Position numbers and translations under genes: made by a program. The notes beneath the pieces are model-generated. The model saw only the letters and a program-made list of their open reading frames with translations, was not told the DNA's origin and ran no database searches. A stretch of DNA of 64,000 nucleotides from positions 1 to 64,000 of the forward strand of contig JAZDMS010000021.1 in NCBI GenBank assembly GCA_043800705.1. The letters are read 5' to 3'. Positions 1 through 9,240 of the stretch are shown in pieces; position 1 is the stretch's first letter, and every line of letters begins with the position of its first letter. The DNA comes from Candidatus Altiarchaeota archaeon. GTDB taxonomy: Archaea > Altiarchaeota > Altiarchaeia > IMC4 > SCGC-AAA252-I15.

Positions 1-125
1 CCCTCCGGGTTTGCGCGCATCAGCTTGCTCACTCACTCCACATAACACTCACCGCGAAATGGGCGCCGATGCCATAACGAGACTTCATCTCGCAAGGCAT
101 CGTCTTTGCTCGCTTCGCTCACAAA

Positions 126-282
126 GCCGATGTAGCTCAGACTGGTTAGAGCGCCAGACTCATAAGCCCCGACCCCCAAAAGGCCGGCCAATGAGGCGCC
201 CCAAGACCAAAAAGCTTGGAGCTTACACGATAATTCCCGCTGAGTTATCTGGAAGCCGCGTGTTCAAGTCACGCCATCGGCA
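126..282 (+). tRNA. tRNA-Met(CAT), probably elongator, with an 82-nt intron (165-246) at canonical position 37/38
   Basis: Cloverleaf: acceptor GCCGATG/CATCGGC-A, D arm GCTC..GAGC, anticodon arm CCAGA-CT-CAT-A|..|A-TCTGG, T arm GCGTG-TTCAAGT-CACGC. BHB motif: helix CTCA/TGAG flanked by 3-nt bulges TAA and TTA. Confidence 0.95.
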
Positions 283-365
283 TAGAACAAATATTCTCCG
301 TGTTTTAGTTGCTTATGGTTGTTAATTTCGGGTTCTGTAATCTGCCCCTCAGGTGACTTGAACAC
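260..365. repeat. att-like site 1: tRNA T arm GTGTTCAAGTCAC (260-272) and its perfect inverted copy GTGACTTGAACAC (353-365)
   Basis: 13-bp perfect inverted repeat read directly. The inverted arm continues as GAACACTGTGTTC, a small dyad. Confidence 0.85.
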
Positions 366-455
366 TGTGTTCGGATTTTTTCTTTAAGCATAACGCCTAG
401 GAGATGATATTTAACCCACCAATGCGTATTTATATATACTTATATAATTGATAAT

Positions 456-728
456 ATGGTCAACGCTTATCCAGTATTGCATTATCCGCGGTTAGATACT
501 GTGTTGATGATAGAGGATGCTATCAAGAATGCGGATGGCTACAAGACCAAGACACAGATTTGGAGGAGCCTGCCGAAGAAAGTCATGTACCAGACGTTCC
601 AGCTTACGCTAAGTTACCTTGAGAAATCCAACAAGGTAGTAATCGACAAGGACGGCAAAGTCGTATGGGTATTCGCCGACAATCAAAAACTTAAGAAAAC
701 GCTTCTGGAAAGCGTCAAGGTGAGGTAA
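456..728 (+). CDS. small winged-helix DNA-binding protein, putative antitoxin
   Basis: 90 aa with a wHTH-like pattern (KTKTQIWRSLPKKVMYQTFQLTLSYLEKSNKVVIDKDGKVVW); 5 nt upstream of a RelE-like ORF. Confidence 0.6.
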   Translation: MVNAYPVLHYPRLDTVLMIEDAIKNADGYKTKTQIWRSLPKKVMYQTFQLTLSYLEKSNKVVIDKDGKVVWVFADNQKLKKTLLESVKVR

Positions 729-733
729 CCCTA

Positions 734-1078
734 ATGAACAACGTGAGCCTTACTGGAAAATTCAATGAAGAGTATGTCAAACTTAACAAGAGAGCCGATT
801 GCGGGGACGGCGAGTCAGAATATCTACTCAAACTGGTCGACAAAGGCATCGCCAAGTTGGCCGAGGATTTGACCTGCGGAGTGAAAATTCCAAAACGGCT
901 CTGGCCCAAGGAGTATGTGACAGAGTACGGGATCAATAACCTGTGGAAACTCAACCTCGACAGCTACTGGCGCATGATCTACACGATAGTCGGCGACCAA
1001 GCCCAACTAATCGGGATAATCCTTGAAGTCCTAGACCACAAGAAGTACGACCGAAAATTTGGATACAAGACGAGCTAA
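734..1078 (+). CDS. RelE/ParE-superfamily toxin-like protein
   Basis: 114 aa with NLWKLNL..YWRMIYTI..ILEVLDHKKYDRKFGY, typical of archaeal RelE-like toxins. Confidence 0.65.
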   Translation: MNNVSLTGKFNEEYVKLNKRADCGDGESEYLLKLVDKGIAKLAEDLTCGVKIPKRLWPKEYVTEYGINNLWKLNLDSYWRMIYTIVGDQAQLIGIILEVLDHKKYDRKFGYKTS

Positions 1079-1158
1079 GGTGAACATTGTACGCTAGCCG
1101 TGATTTTTAAAACCTGCCTGAAACATCGAAATTCATGGGTCTCTGCCTACCGTCCAAC

Positions 1159-1204
1159 AAAAGTATGCTTTTGCGAACACTTTGTTCGAGGCCCGCCATC
1201 GGCA
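1159..1204 (+). repeat. att-like site 2 (degenerate tRNA 3'-end copy)
   Basis: AAAAGTATGCTTTT-G-CGAACACTTTGTTCGAGGCCCGCCATCGGCA; the last 21 nt match the tRNA end GTTCAAGTCACGCCATCGGCA with 3 mismatches. Confidence 0.85.
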
Positions 1205-1454
1205 TACAAGAAACGGATTCAAGACGCTACAGTGGTTGTTTTTTCATTTCATTGGCGACTTCATCCAACTCGCCTCGTTCCATTTGATGAAATGCTCGGC
1301 AGCACCATATTTGAAACCGAACACATCACTTGTATCCCGAGAGATATGGATGACTTAATGCTCGGCCGCCTCACCATCTTGGAAAGATGGACTATCAAGG
1401 GTTCGATAGGGATGCATGGGCAAGGATGCGACATGCATAATAAATTGCCCGGAA

Positions 1455-3269
1455 TCACTGATTAGTTAAAGCAAGACATGTATGGTCTACGCATTTACAA
1501 AGAGGGCATTGGTCTGATTTGTAAATACCACATGGGTAGTATCCATGTCTAGTACACATTTTCTGAAAATATTCTACCTGCCATTCCCTATTTGCGCACT
1601 CCTTCCATTTTCCATTTTGGGAACAACCCAAACCACCTGGAACACAATCACTGCCCAGTTCGCAATATTTATCAGGTAAATCCTGATTGAAAGAAGTAGT
1701 CGCCTTCGACGTGCAGGCACAGTCCATATAAATCTCACAAAGCCAGTTATCGCCATTTTTACACTTTTCGGGATTGGCACAGATGACTTCGCAGTACCCA
1801 TATCTTTTTCTCAAATCCTCGCATTTTGTACAGTCTAACGCTATGATGCAAACGTTTTCCTCGCATGAAGCGATGGTATCGTTTACTTCCGGGTACGGCG
1901 TGTGACCGGGCGGTCCGGTTTCTATTTTGCCTTCCCATTCCAAGCATTCTTGGTCGTCATTGCGACAGGACCGTATCTTACCATAGTTGTTCGAGCGAAT
2001 GATACAATCTGAATCCGCAACGCATCTGTTTTTCAATTGGTAATTGGATGTTGTGCTTGTAGGCGTGTCCCTCCTGCATTCCTCTATCTGCCGAGTCATG
2101 TAGCTTTGGAGGCTCTGCGCGTTGTCGAGTATTTGCCCCTCGCAGTAGGCTTCTTGGCCGCTTTTGCATTGGCGGCGCGTCTGGGCTGCAAACTCTTTTA
2201 TCTGTCGGTCTATGTTTTGGGCTATCATCTCGCAGATTCCTAGGTCGTTCTTCGCCTGCGCCACTTTCATGTAGCACCTGAGGTTGGATGCGTCGTCGCA
2301 TATGTGCGGGTCGTCATGGCTTAGGGCCTCCTTCACCATGCAGTCAAGGTCTGTGAACAAGCAGGTATGTTTGTCCATCCTGCACATCCGCTTCTCCTCA
2401 TCATCCAACACAATGCCCTTCGGCATCTGCTGAAGGACGCTGAAGCAGCAGTCCCTGCGCGCCCACTCGAGCCCTGGCCGCATGCACAGCCGTATCTCCT
2501 TCTTCTCGGCAGCGACCTTGTCGATGCATTCGTCCACATAACGCATCTCCCATGTGCGGTAGTGTTCGCATATGGTCTCGTTTTTCTTGGCGACAGCCAC
2601 GGCGTCGTAGCAGCCGCTGTAGTGAGACATCCTGCAGACTGTGGGGTCATCTTCGTTTATGGCCCGCTCGATGAGACAGCCAAGGTCAGACTCAAGGCAA
2701 CCTTTGTGGTCGAGGAACAATGCGGCGTCGGCGACAGTCAATCCGGCCAGAACCAGCAGGGCCGCCGTGCGGACCCTCCTCTCAGAGGACAGGTATGTCA
2801 GCCAGCCGACGATGGCTGAGACTAACGACGTAATCACGGGGTATGCGAGGAGGAAGACGCTTATCAGGAGCGCACTGCCAGCCATCGTCCCCAACACCCC
2901 CAGATAGCTCTTTGTGCGTGATTCGCTCAATGCGAAGGCCAGAGGGGACATGAGGAGCCCATACGCGAGTATGCACAACGATACGAGCGCCCAAAGCAGG
3001 AGCATGACACCCGCGACCTTAAGCGGCGTTCGAAATCTCAGCGACTCCCGCCCAGCGTTGAGGCTGATGAGGCAAGATAGGGTCATGGTGGCCAGAAACG
3101 GAGACGTGACCAGCAGGATGTCCGACGGTCGCCCTATCCCTGATCCGAGGAGTTCGAGAACCCATAGGGATGCTACGGCCAGGCCCCATGTCATCGCACC
3201 CCAAAGGAACGCCATTGGAGCCTTCGCCAACCAGCTTAGCTTTGATATGGGGGATGACGTGTCCATCAA
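1455..3269 (-). CDS. membrane protein with a large Cys-rich extracellular repeat region
   Basis: 604 aa: about 5 N-terminal TM helices, then repeated C..C motifs (DPTVC..CY..VAVAKKNETIC; DPHIC..CY.KVAQAKNDLGIC; C..DSDC). Confidence 0.75.
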   Translation of the reverse strand: MMDTSSPISKLSWLAKAPMAFLWGAMTWGLAVASLWVLELLGSGIGRPSDILLVTSPFLATMTLSCLISLNAGRESLRFRTPLKVAGVMLLLWALVSLCILAYGLLMSPLAFALSESRTKSYLGVLGTMAGSALLISVFLLAYPVITSLVSAIVGWLTYLSSERRVRTAALLVLAGLTVADAALFLDHKGCLESDLGCLIERAINEDDPTVCRMSHYSGCYDAVAVAKKNETICEHYRTWEMRYVDECIDKVAAEKKEIRLCMRPGLEWARRDCCFSVLQQMPKGIVLDDEEKRMCRMDKHTCLFTDLDCMVKEALSHDDPHICDDASNLRCYMKVAQAKNDLGICEMIAQNIDRQIKEFAAQTRRQCKSGQEAYCEGQILDNAQSLQSYMTRQIEECRRDTPTSTTSNYQLKNRCVADSDCIIRSNNYGKIRSCRNDDQECLEWEGKIETGPPGHTPYPEVNDTIASCEENVCIIALDCTKCEDLRKRYGYCEVICANPEKCKNGDNWLCEIYMDCACTSKATTSFNQDLPDKYCELGSDCVPGGLGCSQNGKWKECANREWQVEYFQKMCTRHGYYPCGIYKSDQCPLCKCVDHTCLALTNQ

Positions 3270-3616
3270 TGGAGTTATTCGGTTTTGTTATTTATTAGGG
3301 TGCATACTTGGGATGTGCAGTCCGTTGTTGAGGTCAATCTCACTGGTTTAGATGGGGAGCTTTTTGGTGTTGCAGTCTCAGAAGTCACTGATATCGAATG
3401 CGCCGACACCCGGCGCCCTTAGCCTGCGTTTATCTGGCATCCTCTTGGCTACGACGTCGTAGGTCACCCCTCCCCCAAGCCCCGGAACATGTTCCATATT
3501 TTGTCGGAGGTTCCGTACCCCTGTACTCTCGAGACCTATCCAATTTGAACAGTTTTCTAATATACTTCTAATCCCATTAATATCTGGAAGCGAGCCTTTT
3601 CAAGGCTGGTTGCGAA

Positions 3617-3682
3617 TTGAACACAATACTGAGATGCCCGCCATCGGCATCCTACGTCTAGTTCAAGTCACTGACAGCGGCA
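3617..3682 (+). repeat. att-like site 3 (two degenerate tRNA 3'-end copies)
   Basis: TTGAACAC..GCCCGCCATCGGCA (3617-3649) and GTTCAAGTCACTGACAGCGGCA (3661-3682). TATCTGGAAGC at 3581-3591 also matches tRNA locus 246-256. Confidence 0.7.
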
Positions 3683-3728
3683 TGCCAAAGTCGGTTTTTA
3701 ATCACTCAAAGTGATAACATATTAGGTC

Positions 3729-5546
3729 TTGAATTTGATAAAAATATTCTCAAACAACAAATACTTGGCGATTATTGCACTACTAGCACTACTACTTCTT
3801 AAATTCTTGTGGGGTTTTTTTGGTAAGATTGATGATTGGAGTTATTCTTACACTCCAATGGGCACGTATCTACTCTATGGCGGCATCGCCTTTGCAATTT
3901 TGTTTATTTGGGGCATATACTCATCTAGAAAAAATATCAAGCGGCTTGTGATTGTTTTGTTCCTGCTAATTGTGCCTTTGTTTCTTATTGGGGGCATATT
4001 CTGGCAGCTGGGAATATTCAACATGAATAGTGCCAGCTCAGGTAATATGGGTTTTAGCACTGGGGGTGCAAAGGATATAAATAATTTCAGGAGAAACATT
4101 GAAAACAATTATCTCCCCTTGCAAACTGACATAACCTATGAGGGATTGTTCTATGAATACTTTTTTGACACAGGTGAGAAGAAACCCTGCGAGAAGCTTT
4201 TCTGTCCATCATATGATTATGCCATATCAAAAGACCCGATCTCAGGGAAGGATGACCAATATCTCTCAGTTGGGTTAAATTCAGGGATAAAGGAAAAGGA
4301 CTTTAAGCGGAAAAAACTCAACTTAGTAGTTGTATTGGATATGTCCGGGTCCATGAGCTCCCCCTTCAATAGGTACTACTACGACCAGTTTGGACATAGT
4401 ACGAATGTTAATTGGAGCAGTGATACAGATGCCGATAAAAGCAAGATGGAGGTTGCGAATAGGGCAGTAGTGAGTCTGCTTGACCATTTGAATAGTGATG
4501 ACCGGTTTGGAATGGTCCTCTACGATGACCAGGCATACTTGGCTAAACCACTAAGAGAAGTAAAAGACACGGACATGGATGCTATTAAGGGGCATGTATT
4601 AGAGATTCAACCACGTGGCGGAACATATTTTGAGGCTGGATATCGGATGGGCAGTGGATTATTCGACGATTGCATAGGTGTAGACCAAGACGAATATGAG
4701 AACAGGATAATATTCCTGACAGATGCACAACCCAACATGGGTATGCTCAATGAGGACAGTCTTTTAGGGCTTACGAAAATGAATTCAGAGAAGAAAGTAC
4801 ACACAACCTTCATTGGTATCGGAGTTGACTTCAATACAGAACTCGTGGAGCATATCACTAAAATCAGGGGTTCGAACTACTATAGTGTTAACTCCCCTGC
4901 GGAGTTCAAAACCAGGATGGATAACGAATTTGAGTACATGGTAACTCCTTTAGTCTTTAACTTAACTCTTAAACTTGACTCAAAAGGCTACAAGATAGAA
5001 AAGGTCTACGGCAGCCCAGAAGCTAACGAGTCAACTGGTGACGTGATGAGGGTTAACACCCTCTTCCCGTCCAAAAAGGATGAGAGGGGGACTAAAGGCG
5101 GTATTGTGATTCTAAAACTGACAAAGCTGTCGCCTGATGCGGGTATGAAACTCAAGGTTAGCTACGAAGATAGGCAGGGTAAAACTGATGGGGACGAAAT
5201 GGCAGTAGTGATTAGCGATAGACGAGCAGATTATTATGAGAACAATGGTGTCCGAAAGGGAGTTCTGCTTTCTAAGTACGCAGACCTCATGAAAAACTGG
5301 ATAAATGATGAGCGAACGGGTTACTTGACAAAGCAGCCTACGAGATCGTCTGTGACTAATGAAAGTGGCATAATTGTCCCTCAATTCAGCAAATGGGAAA
5401 GACAATCGATACCCCTCCATGTTTCGGGCGAGTATAAAGCCCTCTTTATCAGATTCCGGGACTACCTACAAGAAGAGATGAATGAAATAGGGGACCAGAC
5501 ACTATCCAAGGAAGTTGATATTTTTAACAAGCTCACACGAAATTGA
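3729..5546 (+). CDS. membrane-anchored von Willebrand factor A domain protein
   Basis: MIDAS motif DMSGSM, GGT and FLTDA; 3 N-terminal TM helices; paralog at 36521-38419. Confidence 0.88.
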   Translation: MNLIKIFSNNKYLAIIALLALLLLKFLWGFFGKIDDWSYSYTPMGTYLLYGGIAFAILFIWGIYSSRKNIKRLVIVLFLLIVPLFLIGGIFWQLGIFNMNSASSGNMGFSTGGAKDINNFRRNIENNYLPLQTDITYEGLFYEYFFDTGEKKPCEKLFCPSYDYAISKDPISGKDDQYLSVGLNSGIKEKDFKRKKLNLVVVLDMSGSMSSPFNRYYYDQFGHSTNVNWSSDTDADKSKMEVANRAVVSLLDHLNSDDRFGMVLYDDQAYLAKPLREVKDTDMDAIKGHVLEIQPRGGTYFEAGYRMGSGLFDDCIGVDQDEYENRIIFLTDAQPNMGMLNEDSLLGLTKMNSEKKVHTTFIGIGVDFNTELVEHITKIRGSNYYSVNSPAEFKTRMDNEFEYMVTPLVFNLTLKLDSKGYKIEKVYGSPEANESTGDVMRVNTLFPSKKDERGTKGGIVILKLTKLSPDAGMKLKVSYEDRQGKTDGDEMAVVISDRRADYYENNGVRKGVLLSKYADLMKNWINDERTGYLTKQPTRSSVTNESGIIVPQFSKWERQSIPLHVSGEYKALFIRFRDYLQEEMNEIGDQTLSKEVDIFNKLTRN

Positions 5547-5610
5547 ACGTATCCCTTTGATAGGTCGTCTTGCATAGGTTTTATTCCCCGAATCTGAGGA
5601 GTATGCAAGG

Positions 5611-5715
5611 GACTTGAACTACAACTTCATGTCACGCCATCGGCATGAAAAGGCAGTATAAGGCACTTATAGTTCATATAATCACAGTTTACGATTTTGC
5701 TTGAGACTCGAACAC
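5611..5715. repeat. att-like site 4 (tRNA 3'-end copy, spacer and inverted arm)
   Basis: GACTTGAACTACAACTTCATGTCACGCCATCGGCA (5611-5645), a 57-nt spacer, then GAGACTCGAACAC (5703-5715). Confidence 0.85.
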
Positions 5716-5799
5716 TGAGTTTAATTGATGGTTTAGGTAGAACTACAGAGATGATCGTTATTTATATAGTATATCTATCGTATATATAATGGATATACG

Positions 5800-6057
5800 A
5801 TGAAAATGATTACTTTGAAGTTGGAAGATGGGCTGTTGGCTCAGATGGATAATGTGTCTCACGACTTTGGTTTCTCAAGCCGTACGGAGTTCATAAGGAA
5901 CGCTCTGAGGGACAAAGTCGAGGAATATCATCTAAAGCAGGCCATATTGAAGCTCGAGAAGGGCAAAGGCGCATTCAAGGGAAAAGGAGCAGCGAGCAAG
6001 GATTATGAGGCAGCTCGTGATGCGGCATTCGAGAAAATAACGGCAAAGCTCAGATGA
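5800..6057 (+). CDS. CopG/ribbon-helix-helix protein, putative antitoxin
   Basis: MKMITLKLEDGLLAQMDNVSHDFGFSSRTEFIRNALR is an RHH signature. Confidence 0.85.
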   Translation: MKMITLKLEDGLLAQMDNVSHDFGFSSRTEFIRNALRDKVEEYHLKQAILKLEKGKGAFKGKGAASKDYEAARDAAFEKITAKLR

Positions 6058-6467
6058 TCTCTTCCGGCTTGCTAGAATTAACGATACCCTTCAATAGTTC
6101 AAAGTGATTGTCTCGGGTAACGAGTAATGCATTGTTGTCTCTGGCTAACACTGCATGGAGGGCATCACCTCTTGGAACATTTTGCGCATGTGAAATTCCC
6201 CTAGCTTCTTCGATCTGCAGGTCACTAATCAAAACTTTTTCCAGTAATCTCATGCCCTTCAATGACTCGAAACAATATTCCCTCAATCTCCTGCACTTTG
6301 TACTCTATTTTCAGCTCCTCCAACACCAACTCAGAATAGAGAACAGTATGCTTGCAGGTCATAGCGTACTTCAAGAACTGGAAGGCGAACTCCCCTAACG
6401 GCTTCAGGTTATCCTCACGAGCCTCAAGAAAGTCTCTCCAGATACACGCATCAACATAGTATCTCAT
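6050..6467 (-). pseudogene. PIN-domain (VapC-like) toxin, frameshifted near 6280
   Basis: N-terminal MRYYVDACIWRD and C-terminal GDALHAVLARDNNALLVTRDNHF lie in different frames; there is one extra G in GAG-G-GAA. Confidence 0.8.
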
Positions 6468-6761
6468 CAAATGGATATGATAACTCCAGCCTAAAAGAAA
6501 CATCCAGTGTCCGGACCACAGCAACAAAGGCAGCCGCTTACAGACAGCACCAGCACCATCGCCAAAGAGGCTAGAACAAGCTTTCCCGTAGTAGTGATTA
6601 TTTTTAATAGAATAATAACGCGACGGCATACATACTTTGATAAAATAGGACTATGAGAGACTGACCCCGGGTCCCTTGGCACGATTGGAACTTAGCCCCT
6701 GCTTTTCGTGAATTTTTTAGGGTTTTGCTCACATGGTTTAAGTTAATGATCTTAGCGCGTA

Positions 6762-6971
6762 ATGTATTTCATGTCTGAGCAGAAGTTGACCAAATCCAAG
6801 ATTGCAATACTATTATCTTTGTTCGTTATGGTGGGGGCGGGTTTTGTTGGGATACTGCTCGCCTTTTTCGTAAATAAAACACTGGGGATAGTGGCGATAT
6901 TCTTTGGATTATTCCTCGGAGTCGTGGGGATAGCGGGGGGAGTGACACTCGATAAGGTCTGGAAGAAGTAG
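6762..6971 (+). CDS. small two-TM membrane protein
   Basis: 69 aa with two hydrophobic helices. Confidence 0.55.
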   Translation: MYFMSEQKLTKSKIAILLSLFVMVGAGFVGILLAFFVNKTLGIVAIFFGLFLGVVGIAGGVTLDKVWKK

Positions 6972-6984
6972 CTGCAGCATCAGA

Positions 6985-7006
6985 TGTTTAGTCCTCGTTA
7001 TCGGCA
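6985..7006 (+). repeat. possible highly degenerate att-like site
   Basis: TGTTTAGTCCTCGTTATCGGCA versus tRNA TGTTCAAGTCACGCCATCGGCA (15/22); lies between two convergent genes. Confidence 0.4.
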
Positions 7007-7012
7007 AACGTT

Positions 7013-7906
7013 TCATGCGAATTTGCTGTCGTCGCACTCGTATGCGCCGATGATTTTTCCGCCGCCCGCGACTATCCCCCAATAGAGTCTCGCCTGAGCC
7101 CAGCAGGAGGTTGTGGAAACCCTATTCCATCCCCCGACAACATAACCGACCGGGTTGTACCATGCCCGCTGCTCGTTTATCGTCTGGATCCTGTCGAGCT
7201 CCTCGTTGCATGCGTCGTCCATGAGGCTTTTGAATTCGTCGTCGCATGTTTTTTGGGGTGTGAACGTCTGCCCGCATTCTGCGTAGCATTTGTCGTGGCG
7301 GTAGCATGCGAAGTTGAAGCTCGCCTGCGATACCAGGTGTTTGTTGGGGCCGCTGAACTTCCCCTCCGGGCCGCAGTAGTTCTTGCTCGCGTTGTACGGT
7401 TCGAATGTGCCTGCGTCCTTCGGGGGTTTCTTCTTCGGGCCTATTCCCTTGGTGTCCAGGGGTTGTTCTTTGCCGCCGAATGTTCCGCTCACGACTACGC
7501 CGCGGGTGCCGGCGTTGTAGTTCCCGACTTCGTTTATTGTGAAGCCGCCTGACGTGGCGCCCGGCGGTATGTCGACTGAGACTGAGAAGTCTTTCGACCA
7601 GGGCGCGTTGCCCTCTGCGGAAAATGTCTTCTGGTTGTCGCCTGCTGACACGGAAACGGAGACTGAGCCGCTGTAGCCGTTGTTCGCCTTCACGCTACCT
7701 GCGACTGTCAGCTTACTTCCTGTCAGGGTCCCGTTGTGCCTTCTGGAGCAGGTGAAGCTATATGCGTCGACCGGCGCCTGAAGCGTGGCCCCGGATACCG
7801 TGTAGGATACCTGCAGACCGTTGAACGGGTCGGTGGGGAACGTCTCGGCGTAGACTATGCCGAGGAGAGCGTAGGTAAGAAGTAGGGTCGCCAATAATAT
7901 CTTCAT
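7013..7906 (-). CDS. secreted protein with a C-terminal phospholipase A2-like domain
   Basis: Signal peptide, beta-rich N-terminal domain, then NYCGP...FACYRHDKCY...CD, the His-Asp sPLA2 motif. Confidence 0.7.
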   Translation of the reverse strand: MKILLATLLLTYALLGIVYAETFPTDPFNGLQVSYTVSGATLQAPVDAYSFTCSRRHNGTLTGSKLTVAGSVKANNGYSGSVSVSVSAGDNQKTFSAEGNAPWSKDFSVSVDIPPGATSGGFTINEVGNYNAGTRGVVVSGTFGGKEQPLDTKGIGPKKKPPKDAGTFEPYNASKNYCGPEGKFSGPNKHLVSQASFNFACYRHDKCYAECGQTFTPQKTCDDEFKSLMDDACNEELDRIQTINEQRAWYNPVGYVVGGWNRVSTTSCWAQARLYWGIVAGGGKIIGAYECDDSKFA

Positions 7907-8056
7907 GATAAGTTTTAATAATGCACTGGGAGGATAAAAACGTCTGATTACAAGTCAGGTAAACCCATAAAAGCCAGCCTTATACGGACGGATAATCAGC
8001 GAGTCCTTAGTTGGGTGCAGGGCTTGTGTTTTTACCCTATATGTTGAATATAACAC

Positions 8057-8932
8057 ATGGTTTTTGGTTGGGCCTTGAGAGGTTTATTGGCTTTTGCAAT
8101 TGCTTTGTTGGTTTATCTGGTGGTCGCTTCAGTTGCGGCTCAGACGGGGGACGCTCATTGGGATGATTTTTTCAAGCATCCCCCCGGCTATTGGTCGCTT
8201 AAGGGGGTCTCACATAACCCGCAACCGCAGCCAAACAACGAGTATAGAACTAATACCTTCAAGTCGGAGAACGGCAAAATCGAGGGCACCTCGAAAGACC
8301 CTGGACACCGCATCGGGAACCAGCAACCAGGTTCTGCCTCAGCCACGCTGACTTGGACGCCACTTCCCAAGAGGATTGAGGATAATCAGAAGTTTGATAT
8401 CAACATATCAGTCGAAGGGAAGAAGGAAGGCGAGATACTCATCATAGACCGAAACACCATCAGGGGGGACGGTTCAGTCGCTGGGGCGTGCCAGAGCTTT
8501 CAGGACGCATCCCCCCTCAGTATCCCTCCATTCAGATGGAACGGCATGCCTGGCGAAAAGGTCACGAAGACCATCAAATTCCCATCTTTCGCGAAGATCT
8601 ACAGCTGCTACACCATAATAGACCGCACGTCCGACTCAGCGGACGCTATGAGAAAGGCTTCGCTGGTGGCTGGCAAGTACGAGTTCAACTATACGCTACA
8701 GACTGAACTCGACGAAGGCCAAGACAACTATACCTACACTTATGTTTGGGTGCCAACAGGGAAGGGCGGCGCAACAGCATTAGGGAAGGAGACGGGAGGC
8801 TCAGACGTGTCAGCATCAGGGAAGGAAACGGCAGACAAGTCAGATGGTAATAAGGTGTGCGGACTCATCCCCCTATTGACTCTTGTCACTGCGGGACTCA
8901 CAGCATTAGTGGGGAAGACAATAATGCCCTGA
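8057..8932 (+). CDS. secreted/surface protein with a C-terminal membrane anchor
   Basis: Signal peptide, G/S/K linker and terminal VCGLIPLLTLVTAGLTALVGK, resembling a CGP-CTERM sorting signal. Confidence 0.7.
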   Translation: MVFGWALRGLLAFAIALLVYLVVASVAAQTGDAHWDDFFKHPPGYWSLKGVSHNPQPQPNNEYRTNTFKSENGKIEGTSKDPGHRIGNQQPGSASATLTWTPLPKRIEDNQKFDINISVEGKKEGEILIIDRNTIRGDGSVAGACQSFQDASPLSIPPFRWNGMPGEKVTKTIKFPSFAKIYSCYTIIDRTSDSADAMRKASLVAGKYEFNYTLQTELDEGQDNYTYTYVWVPTGKGGATALGKETGGSDVSASGKETADKSDGNKVCGLIPLLTLVTAGLTALVGKTIMP

Positions 8933-9104
8933 TCGAGAGATAACCTACGAGAAGTTCTATGAGCACATTGACGGCCCGGGCTTGAGTGAGTACATCTACC
9001 AGAAATCGCCTAATCCCCAGAATCCGCATCTTTTCCTCTAAAAGTCGCCATTTGATGGTAGACAAGCCAAAATCCCAATAATCTTCCGATATATCGAATA
9101 TCCT

Positions 9105-9226
9105 AAAAGCATGCTTTTCCGAACAGATAGTTCGAGGCACGCCATCGGCAAGGGGCTGAAAAGGCATTATAATGCCTTTCCACAACCCATAAAGCGATTT
9201 TACGATTTTGTTTGTGACTTGAACAC
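9105..9226. repeat. att-like site 5 (palindrome, tRNA 3'-end copy, spacer and inverted arm)
   Basis: AAAAGCATGCTTTT, then CGAACAGATAGTTCGAGGCACGCCATCGGCA (to 9150), a spacer homologous to that of site 4, and GTGACTTGAACAC (9214-9226). Confidence 0.9.
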
Positions 9227-9240
9227 GCACGCCAATTAGG

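Noticed and set aside
11-325. 104-aa ORF
   Set aside because: It overlaps the tRNA-Met gene and has no protein-like features.
1100-1465. 121-aa ORF, and likewise 8898-9230
   Set aside because: Both run across att-like sites and show no recognisable motifs; probably spurious.
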